Positions 45,490-52,948 of a stretch of 52,948 bases of DNA are shown here, piece by piece (the stretch's first letter is position 1; each line of letters opens with the position of its first letter). The position numbers and the translations under genes were made by a program. The notes beneath the pieces are model-generated. The model searched no databases. It was not told the origin of the DNA and saw nothing but the letters and a program-made list of their open reading frames with translations. The stretch is from NCBI GenBank assembly GCA_047638595.1, contig JBLIMJ010000004.1, positions 1-52,948 of the forward strand, written 5' to 3'. Origin of the DNA: Acidimicrobiales bacterium (GTDB taxonomy: Bacteria > Patescibacteriota > Minisyncoccia > Phycocordibacterales > UBA918).

Positions 45490-46872
45490 ATGAATCCATT
45501 ATCTCATCCTTCCACAAACAGTATTGTCCACACTGAACAAATTGATGTTAAAAAGCTCTGGGATGATGCGTTGGTTACTATTGAACTCTCCATCACTCCT
45601 GCAAACTTTAAGACATGGTTCCGGGACACTTATATTGTTTCACTAGAAGATGGGACTATCACTCTCGGTGTACCAAGTGTGTTTGTACGCGACTGGCTAT
45701 CAGACAAGTTTCAGTCAATGACTCTAAAAACACTCCGTGAACTCACACCACATGTACGAAGTATTGAATACGCAGTAGTACAACGAAACGACAAGAAAAA
45801 AGAGGCGAGCAAACCACAAACAGTAAACGCGGCACTACCGCTTGAGGAGTACTACATAAATAAGAGTGACAATCTTAATCCGAAATATACTTTTGATACA
45901 TTTGTTGTTGGTCCTTTTAACGCACTTGCACACACTGCTGCAAAGACTGTTAGTGAGAAGCCAGGTATCGCATACAACCCACTATTTATTTATGGAAAAA
46001 CCGGTCATGGTAAAACACACCTTATCCAAGCAGTAGGGAACTACCTAAAACGACAAGGGAAAAAAGTTTTTTATGTAACCAGCGAACGGTTTACTGTTGA
46101 CTACTTCAACAGCCTTCAGAGTGGGACTGCAAATAGTTTTAAAGATAAGTATCGTCAGTACGATGTACTTATCATGGACGATGTACAATTTCTTGCTAAC
46201 AAAGAAAAGACACAAGAGGAACTATTTCATCTTTTCAACGCGCTGCATGACTACAACAAGCAAATTGTATTCTCAAGTGATATACACCCAGCCCTTCTTT
46301 CAGGACTTGAAGAACGACTACAGTCTCGTTTTGCTCAAGGAATGATCGTAGATATTCCCGCACCTGATATGGAATCTCGTGCAGCAATCTTGCGAGCAAA
46401 GACAGCTCAAAACGGTCTTCATTTAAGTGAAGATGTGGTTGAACATCTTTCAAAGACTATTGAAGGTAATATCCGTGAACTCGAAGGAGCACTCAACACC
46501 ATAATGTGCCAGTCACAGCTTATGGGACGAACACTTTCACTTGATGAAGTAAAACAAATTATCAAAAACAGCACCCGTCCTCGAAAGACACTCGCAGTAA
46601 GTGACGTGGTTGATAAAGTTGCACGATACTTTGATATAGACCCTTCTTCAATTTACGAAAAAACACGACGGAAAGAAATTGTAAAACCACGACAGTTGAT
46701 TATGTATATCCTGCGACAAGACTTTCAAGTATCTTATCCTGCAATTGGACAAAAACTTGGGGGAAGAGACCACACAACTGTCATCCACTCTTGTGAGAAG
46801 ATTAAGAATCAACTCAAAGATGATAATGATCTTGAGGAAGAGATAACTCAGATTAGACTTCTTCTTAAATAA
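45490..46872 (+). CDS. dnaA: Chromosomal replication initiator DnaA
   Basis: Walker A GKTGHGKTHL, Walker B VLIMDDVQFL and C-terminal DNA-binding signature GGRDHTTVIHSCEKI. The start is uncertain; an alternative upstream start lies at 45388. Confidence 0.9.
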   Translation: MNPLSHPSTNSIVHTEQIDVKKLWDDALVTIELSITPANFKTWFRDTYIVSLEDGTITLGVPSVFVRDWLSDKFQSMTLKTLRELTPHVRSIEYAVVQRNDKKKEASKPQTVNAALPLEEYYINKSDNLNPKYTFDTFVVGPFNALAHTAAKTVSEKPGIAYNPLFIYGKTGHGKTHLIQAVGNYLKRQGKKVFYVTSERFTVDYFNSLQSGTANSFKDKYRQYDVLIMDDVQFLANKEKTQEELFHLFNALHDYNKQIVFSSDIHPALLSGLEERLQSRFAQGMIVDIPAPDMESRAAILRAKTAQNGLHLSEDVVEHLSKTIEGNIRELEGALNTIMCQSQLMGRTLSLDEVKQIIKNSTRPRKTLAVSDVVDKVARYFDIDPSSIYEKTRRKEIVKPRQLIMYILRQDFQVSYPAIGQKLGGRDHTTVIHSCEKIKNQLKDDNDLEEEITQIRLLLK

Positions 46873-46874
46873 AG

Positions 46875-46901
46875 AAAAAACTGTCCCAAGGACAGTTTTT
46901 T
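46875..46901 (+). terminator. dnaA terminator
   Basis: aaaaaactgtcc-caa-ggacagtttttt. Confidence 0.7.
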
Positions 46902-46903
46902 CT

Positions 46904-47218
46904 TTATACACATAACCTGTGTATAAGTTGTGTGTATGTACCTGGTTAACCGCAGTAGTAATGTTGAGTAACAGTGTATAAAATAGAGAAGTTCTGTTAA
47001 GAAGTTATTGAACAACAGTGCATAAAGTAAAAGTAATCCCCAGAAAAAATAAGCGTGCCACTTGTCCACTTCTTTATACACAAAAGATATACTAGTTACC
47101 CACACGATATTAAAAATATTTCACTTAAATAAGATATATAATAGGCCACAGATTTGAGATTTCCACTAATGCACACCCTTAATAATAAGAGTAGAATAGA
47201 TAAAATAAAAAAATAATT
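46904..47218. promoter_or_regulatory. Probable oriC (DnaA-box cluster plus AT-rich unwinding region) between dnaA and dnaN
   Basis: TTATACACA at 46904. Inverted TGTGTATAA at 46918. TTGTCCACT at 47062. TTATACACA at 47074. TTACCCACA at 47096. A strongly AT-rich stretch spans 47105-47218. Confidence 0.65.
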
Positions 47219-48313
47219 ATGCACGTAACAATACAAAGAGAAGAACTACTTGACCGACTTGAACTTGTAGGAAAAGTAAGTACCAAACATGTATCACTTC
47301 CTGTATTGCAGTGTGTATTTTTAGAAGCAAAAAATAATACCCTTACTATTAGAGCAACGAATCTAGAAATTGGTATTGAATCTACTGTAGAGGTGTCTGT
47401 TCTTGAAGAAGGATGTGTAGCTGTTCCTGCAACAACACTTACACAAACAATTCAGTACATGTCTCAAAAGGAAGTAACACTTCGTGTTGAAGAAAGTGTG
47501 TTGGTTGTAGAAGGAAGTGGTTCTGAAACAAATATTAAAGTTATTCCACATGAAGAGTTTCCTATTATTCCTAAAATTGAAGGAAGTGGACAGATTATAA
47601 ATAAATCACTTTTTGCTCTTGGTATTAAAACAGTGTCGTTTGCAGCAAGTTTGTCTTCAATAAAACCAGAACTAGGAAGTGTGTATATTTTACAAAAAAA
47701 GGAACACTCACTCACTTTTGTTTCCACAGACTCCTTTCGTTTAATGGAAAAAACAGTTCCACAAAAAGGAATTATCTTAGAAGAAGCTATTCTTATCCCA
47801 CAAAAAAACGCGATGGAGCTTGCGCGAGTATGTGATGTACGTGAAGGAGAACCTGAATTTAAAGTAAATGAAAATCAGTGTGCATTATCATTCCCTGATG
47901 GTGTATATATAACCTCACGGTTAACTTCAGGTTCTTTCCCTGATTATGAGCAAATTATTCCTAAGGAATATAGTACACACTCGACATTATTAAAGAATGA
48001 TCTCGCACATTCGTTTAAGAAGACAAATATATTTTTAAATAAATTTATGCAGGTGACACTTCATGTGACTGAAAAGTCTGTTACTGTCTCAGCAAATAGT
48101 GGAGATGTAGGTACTACAACCGAATCAGTACAGGCTCAAACTGAAGGGGAGGATCTTACTTTAAGTTTTAATCAAAAATATATCTCAGAACCTCTTAGTC
48201 ATATCACTGACGATAGTATCATTATGCATTTTGCAGGTATTGGGCGTCCTTTGGTTATAAAAGGGGTTAATGATACTTCGCTCCGTTATCTCGTTATGCC
48301 AATGAATAAGTAG
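47219..48313 (+). CDS. dnaN: DNA polymerase III beta sliding clamp
   Basis: 364 aa, positioned after dnaA. The N-terminus (LELVGKVSTKHVSLPVLQCVFLEAKNNTLTIRATNLEIGIE) is typical. Confidence 0.85.
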   Translation: MHVTIQREELLDRLELVGKVSTKHVSLPVLQCVFLEAKNNTLTIRATNLEIGIESTVEVSVLEEGCVAVPATTLTQTIQYMSQKEVTLRVEESVLVVEGSGSETNIKVIPHEEFPIIPKIEGSGQIINKSLFALGIKTVSFAASLSSIKPELGSVYILQKKEHSLTFVSTDSFRLMEKTVPQKGIILEEAILIPQKNAMELARVCDVREGEPEFKVNENQCALSFPDGVYITSRLTSGSFPDYEQIIPKEYSTHSTLLKNDLAHSFKKTNIFLNKFMQVTLHVTEKSVTVSANSGDVGTTTESVQAQTEGEDLTLSFNQKYISEPLSHITDDSIIMHFAGIGRPLVIKGVNDTSLRYLVMPMNK

Positions 48314-48380
48314 AAATTTCTACTTATCACCCAAACGGGTATTAAGTAACTATGTTTTCGTAGATACAAATTACATTTAT

Positions 48381-48674
48381 ATGAAAATCCAAAGAGGAGG
48401 CGAAGTTAAAAAAATCGGGGATTTGTTTGAGAAATACAAACGGACACTTCGCGCACCCCAAGGGATTATTGTAGATGCATTTATTGAGGTTGTAGGGGAC
48501 CTTGTAGGGATTGAAATACCAAAAGAGCGTATCTCATACTCAGTCCACAACAAAACCCTTACAACGCAAATTTCTGGACCGTTAAAAACGGAAATTCTCT
48601 TAAAAAAAGAAGAAATACTCATGCATATGAAAGGAAGAATTGGTGAACAGAGTGTACCAAAGGAAATACGTTGA
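48381..48674 (+). CDS. DUF721/DciA-like small protein
   Basis: 97 aa, placed directly after dnaN. The pattern FIEVVGDLVG...SYSVHNKTLTTQISGPLKTEILLKKEEIL fits the family from memory. Confidence 0.4.
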   Translation: MKIQRGGEVKKIGDLFEKYKRTLRAPQGIIVDAFIEVVGDLVGIEIPKERISYSVHNKTLTTQISGPLKTEILLKKEEILMHMKGRIGEQSVPKEIR

Positions 48675-48687
48675 TAAGTAAGAAGGG

Positions 48688-48735
48688 AATGAATAAAAAA
48701 ACGCGGGTTATATAACCCGCGTTTTTTTATTCATT
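48688..48735. terminator. 48-bp perfect palindrome (bidirectional terminator) overlapping the PBP stop codon
   Basis: aatgaataaaaaaacgcgggttat / ataacccgcgtttttttattcatt, symmetric about 48711/48712. Confidence 0.7.
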
Positions 48736-50949
48736 TTCTGTTCCTAAAGATTCTTCATCAACATCTTCTTCAGTTACTTGAGGAATTATTCCTGCGTACT
48801 GTACTTTTTTCCATTGTTCTACTCCGTATTCCCAGTATTTGTATTGTCCATCGTTAGCGGGGTTTGAGGGGTATGGACCATCGGGATTATCTTTTGATAC
48901 AAAATGAAGGACAGAGTGCATGTTTGACGCGATACCAGCAAGATCAAGTGTGGTACTTCCTGTTTGAATACTTTCAATAAGCGCAGCGGTATCTAATGTT
49001 TCACCCCGTAAGATAGGTTTTAAATTTTGATCAACTGCAGGGGCTTCTGCAAAACTTTGTACTTCAACTTTCTCCAGCGCTATATCCATAAACGCACGCC
49101 ATAAAGGGGTAGCGATAAGGCCTGATAATCCACCACCCATTACATCATTATCGTTGTTTCCTACCCAGACTCCAACAGCAAGGTTTGGTGCAAATCCCAT
49201 AATCCATGCATCACGAAGGTTGTTGGTACTTCCTGATTTTGCAGCAACATCTCGATTAGGGAAGTTAACCAAAGAGTTGTATCCCCATAGTGGTGCTCGT
49301 GCTTCATTATCAGAAAGAATATCAGCAATCATAAGTGACACATCACGATCAAGCACACGTTGTGATTGGACTGACGGTTCCTCAATAATATTCCCGCTAC
49401 TATCTTCTACCTTAAGTATACTGCGACGCTGCGCTCTCACTCCTTCATTTGCAAACACACCGTATGCCCCAGTGTGTTCAAGTAGTTTTACTTCACCACC
49501 ACCGAGGACTAGTGTAAGACCAAGGCGGTCAGGGTCGTTAAGGGTTGTAATGCCCATATCCCCAGCGAGTTTGATGGCGTTCTTTAAACCAGTTAAGTAC
49601 AACACTTTCACTGCGGGTATGTTGAGCGATTGTGGAAGTGCGTTACGTAAGGTGACAGGACCTTTAAATTTCCCGTTGTAGTTATTTGGTGAATAACAGG
49701 GAGTTATCGATGATGTATCAGAAACATCACAAGAGGTGCTAAATTGAGTTTTTACATCGTACAAGATGGTGTCTGGTGTGTACCCGTTACTAAACGCTGA
49801 TGCATAAACAACAGGTTTAATTGAGGAACCAGGCTGTCTAGGTGAGAGAGTAACATTGAAGTTTCCTTCAATTTCATCATCGAAATAATCACGTGACCCA
49901 ACCATAACCAAAATGTCACCTGTCTGCGGTTGTACCGCTACAAGACCAGCGTTGTTTGCGTTGTATTTCTCTCTGTTTATTGCAACTTTTTCTGCAACAA
50001 CCCTCTCAGCTTCTTGTTGGAGTTCCCAGTCAAGGGAGGTGGTAACACGAAATCCTTTGTCAGAGAGAGCTTCCTCACCATATTTTTCTACTAGCTGCTC
50101 TTTCACATACATAACGAAGTGTGGTGCGCGGATACCTGTTACCGCCTGTGGTTGGAAAGTTACTTCAACATCTATTGCTTGGTCATATTCCTCTTGGTTA
50201 ATAAAACCGTTCAGGAGCATACGTTTTATAACAAGGTCTTGTCGATTGTCGAGGAGGTCTCTATTGTTTCCATAAGGAGAAAGACGAGTTGGTGCTTGTG
50301 GCAATGCGGAGAGATACGCTGCTTCAGGAAGGGTTAGGTCTTTTGCACTTTTCCCAAAAAATGAGTGGGATGCTTCCTCTACTCCGTAAATAGTTCCTCC
50401 GTATGGAGATTCGTTGAGATAATGACCCAAGATTTCATCTTTAGATAATAACCGTTCGAGTTTTATAGAGAGGATTGCCTCTTTTATTTTACGGGTGAGA
50501 CGTTTTTCATTTTCAAGTATTGAATTTTTTATTACTTGTTGGGTGATGGTTGAGCCGCCCTGTCCACCAAGTAAGTCCCCTGCGGTAAGGTTTGATAGTG
50601 CTGCTCGAATAATTGCTTTAATATCAACACCAAAGTGACTGTAGAAATGGTCGTCTTCAATAGCAACTGTTGCGTTTTTTATGTGATAAGAAATATCTTC
50701 AAAGGGAACTATTGTACGGCGCACATCCTGGTGAAGGTCATAAAGAAGGATTTCACCTGTACGGTCATATATTTTTGTTGACTGGAGTACACGACGTTGT
50801 TCAAAAGAAGATAAATCCGGTATTTCAAGTGTAGAAACCCATATAAATACCCCTCCGACTGTAATAAGACCAAGTACGAAAAACACAATAAAACCATCAA
50901 TAATGATGTCTTTTGCATGTCGAATAATCCACGGTTTTTTATTTGCCAT
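48727..50949 (-). CDS. Class A penicillin-binding protein (glycosyltransferase + transpeptidase)
   Basis: N-terminal TM, GT51 motifs (AIEDDHFYSHFGVD, GGSTITQQ), and transpeptidase motifs SSIK and KSGST. Confidence 0.85.
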   Translation of the reverse strand: MANKKPWIIRHAKDIIIDGFIVFFVLGLITVGGVFIWVSTLEIPDLSSFEQRRVLQSTKIYDRTGEILLYDLHQDVRRTIVPFEDISYHIKNATVAIEDDHFYSHFGVDIKAIIRAALSNLTAGDLLGGQGGSTITQQVIKNSILENEKRLTRKIKEAILSIKLERLLSKDEILGHYLNESPYGGTIYGVEEASHSFFGKSAKDLTLPEAAYLSALPQAPTRLSPYGNNRDLLDNRQDLVIKRMLLNGFINQEEYDQAIDVEVTFQPQAVTGIRAPHFVMYVKEQLVEKYGEEALSDKGFRVTTSLDWELQQEAERVVAEKVAINREKYNANNAGLVAVQPQTGDILVMVGSRDYFDDEIEGNFNVTLSPRQPGSSIKPVVYASAFSNGYTPDTILYDVKTQFSTSCDVSDTSSITPCYSPNNYNGKFKGPVTLRNALPQSLNIPAVKVLYLTGLKNAIKLAGDMGITTLNDPDRLGLTLVLGGGEVKLLEHTGAYGVFANEGVRAQRRSILKVEDSSGNIIEEPSVQSQRVLDRDVSLMIADILSDNEARAPLWGYNSLVNFPNRDVAAKSGSTNNLRDAWIMGFAPNLAVGVWVGNNDNDVMGGGLSGLIATPLWRAFMDIALEKVEVQSFAEAPAVDQNLKPILRGETLDTAALIESIQTGSTTLDLAGIASNMHSVLHFVSKDNPDGPYPSNPANDGQYKYWEYGVEQWKKVQYAGIIPQVTEEDVDEESLGTENE

Positions 50950-51185
50950 ACGCCACTGTATATATAGCCAATTCTAACACTATTTGTCTATGTTTTATTA
51001 TTCTATCTGTGTGGTAGAGTTGTTTCAAAGAGAACGTATACAGTTGGCACATTTCTTCGCTACTTCGGGAAAAACATCAATCACCATGGAGACATATTAG
51101 ACGTATGGCTCAATCTGATTTTCCTCCATGCCTCGAACTGTACTCAACTCTATAAGTTCTACAATATAATTTAGAGTAATACAGT

Positions 51186-52430
51186 ATGAAATTATCAGAA
51201 GAATTAGTAGAGCGCGGTTTTGTCTACCAGTTTTCAACAGAAGATCTGAGTGAAATACTCGATGGAGGAAAGCGCACTGTATACCTTGGTATTGATCCAA
51301 CCGCTGATGCGATTCATGTCGGGAACCTTGTTCCGTATATGCTTCTGAACCATCTCATGAAAGATGGCCACAAAGTCATACTGCTTATGGGTGGCGGGAC
51401 AGCACTTATTGGAGATCCTTCTGGGAAGGATTCTGAGCGCGACTTTGTGAGTGTAGATATTGTTCAGGATCGGTGTGCAAAAATGGAAGTAAATGTGAGG
51501 AAAATTGCATCACCTGAAATCATGTTTGCAAACAACTACGATTGGCTTTCAAAGTTATCGATGGTTGAATTCTTACGCGATGTTGGGAAACATTTCACCG
51601 TCAATGCCATGATGAAAAAGGATTCGGTTTCAGCACGTCTTGCAAGCGAGCAAGGTATTTCTTTTACTGAATTTTCGTACGCGCTCTTGCAGAGCTATGA
51701 CTACTACCATCTCCATAAAGAGTATGGTTGTGATTTACAAATTGGTGGGTCAGACCAGTGGGGGAACATAATCTCAGGAGTTGATTATGTACGACGCACT
51801 ACCGGTGACACAGTGCATGCACTGACCATGCCTCTTGTGGTTGATAAAGCTACAGGAAAAAAGTTTGGCAAAAGTGAAGGTAATGCAATTTGGCTTGATT
51901 CAGAAAAAACCTCTCCATATGTTTTTTATCAATTCTGGTTAAATACAACCGATGAGTCAGTAGTTGATTATTTGAAACTATTCACATCGTTGTCATTGGA
52001 GGAGATTACAGATATAGGAAAAACATTTGCTGACAACCCAGGAGCACGAAGCGCACAAAAGAAACTTGCATATGAAGTAACGACATTTATACACGGCACG
52101 TCTGTGGCGGACCTAGCAAAGGAGGTTTCAGATATACTTTTTGGAGAAGGGAACATTTCCGATATGAGCGAATCAGGAAAACAAACATTGCTCGAAAATG
52201 CTCCAGCAATAAAAATTTCCATTGGGACATCTGTTGTGGATATTTTAGTTAAAAGTGAACTTGCGACAAGTAATAGAGAAGCACGTACCTTTATTGAAGG
52301 GGGTGCGGTCACTATTGACGGTAGGAAAATTTCTGATGTAGAAGAGGTAATTACTCCTGAGTCTGTTGCTAATGGACTGGCTTTACTTAAACGTGGGAAG
52401 AAGCAGTTGTGTGTACTTGAGGTTGAGTAA
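51186..52430 (+). CDS. tyrS: Tyrosine--tRNA ligase
   Basis: HIGH-type HVGN, KMSKS-type KFGKS, and a C-terminal S4-like domain. 414 aa. Confidence 0.9.
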   Translation: MKLSEELVERGFVYQFSTEDLSEILDGGKRTVYLGIDPTADAIHVGNLVPYMLLNHLMKDGHKVILLMGGGTALIGDPSGKDSERDFVSVDIVQDRCAKMEVNVRKIASPEIMFANNYDWLSKLSMVEFLRDVGKHFTVNAMMKKDSVSARLASEQGISFTEFSYALLQSYDYYHLHKEYGCDLQIGGSDQWGNIISGVDYVRRTTGDTVHALTMPLVVDKATGKKFGKSEGNAIWLDSEKTSPYVFYQFWLNTTDESVVDYLKLFTSLSLEEITDIGKTFADNPGARSAQKKLAYEVTTFIHGTSVADLAKEVSDILFGEGNISDMSESGKQTLLENAPAIKISIGTSVVDILVKSELATSNREARTFIEGGAVTIDGRKISDVEEVITPESVANGLALLKRGKKQLCVLEVE

Positions 52431-52448
52431 AATAACCTCAATATCTCT

Positions 52449-52592
52449 AAGGTGTTTGATACTACCAAGCGATACGGGTGAAATGGAAGCAAAGTCGAAT
52501 CAGTAGATGCATTGATTACAGAAGAAGAATTCGGTTTACTTATTCTTCTAAAGAGAGGTAAGAAAGATATTTCATTGATAGAGATTGGATAA
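52449..52592 (+). pseudogene. Diverged duplicate of the tyrS 3' end (S4-domain tail) with an internal stop
   Basis: KVFDTTKRYG*NGSKVESVDALITEEEFGLLILLKRGKKDISLIEIG* versus the TyrS end DGRKISDVEEVITPESVANGLALLKRGKKQLCVLEVE*. Hairpins follow at 52603-52640 and 52652-52686. Confidence 0.65.
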
Positions 52593-52865
52593 AGGAAGAC
52601 ATTTTAAAACCACTACCTATAGTTCGGTAGTGGTTTTAAGTTTCCTAAATAAAAAAGAACTATCATTTTGTGTGATAGTTCTTTTCTTCCTTCTCCCGAT
52701 ACCAGTTTGGTATATCTTCGCTAGGGCCTCAGATATTCCTAAACTGTCCTGTGAACCTTCGTAATATGCCCTTTGGGCATTTACTCAGGTTGTCCAACAA
52801 TTTTCCCAAGGAGAGAAAAAATCGGGATCAAAATTCAATATATGGTCTTCGACCATTATTTCATT

Positions 52866-52948
52866 TTACATTTCATCTACATCATCAAAGCTGTCGTATT
52901 CAGTATCATCTGCATCTTCTTCACCTTCTGGTTCTTCATCTTCATCTT
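52866..52948 (-). CDS. C-terminal end of an unidentified protein with an acidic tail (partial, runs off the window)
   Basis: The minus strand reads ...DEDEEPEGEEDADDTEYDSFDDVDEM*. Confidence 0.35.
   Translation of the reverse strand, partial: DEDEEPEGEEDADDTEYDSFDDVDEM

Noticed and set aside
50950-51185. Possible T-box leader upstream of tyrS.
   Set aside because: No T-box consensus or specifier/antiterminator arrangement is recognisable. There is only one modest hairpin.

Overview
AT-rich chromosomal window carrying the replication origin region (yidC-rnpA-rpmH | dnaA-dnaN, with DnaA boxes and an AT-rich stretch). Gene content suggests a small-genome, monoderm-type bacterium of the Patescibacteria/CPR kind; this is inferred from a short YidC, PrgI-type T4SS parts and many secreted or membrane orphan ORFs, not from any search. 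Housekeeping genes recognised by motif: pta, cca, xth, rpsO, pnp, a dksA-like gene, comM/yifB, uvrD/pcrA, rsmA, dnaA, dnaN, a class A PBP, tyrS and three tRNAs (Pro-UGG, Gly-GCC, Arg-UCG). The main accessory feature is a 14-kb run of 12 same-strand ORFs (29573-43644) directly beside the origin. It encodes a T4SS-like apparatus: TrbL/VirB6, PrgI/VirB3-like, a VirB4 ATPase and two tandem VirB2/TrbC-like pilins fused to variable 10-cysteine domains. No relaxase, coupling protein or integrase is visible in the window. A second theme is a repeated 3'-end scar signature. All three tRNAs are followed by extra copies of their own 3' ends plus long perfect hairpins. Three protein genes (comM, ORF 30461-31933, tyrS) are followed by diverged duplicate copies of their own last ~20-45 codons. 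In the comM case a self-promoted RHH-MazF toxin-antitoxin cassette sits between the gene and its displaced end. A third feature is seven parS-like 16-bp palindromes within 590 bp (1475-2062), with three same-strand TATCCAC boxes among them. No CRISPR array, rRNA, transposase or recombinase was seen. All calls rest on reading the sequence and the ORF track by eye; no searches or folding programs were run.
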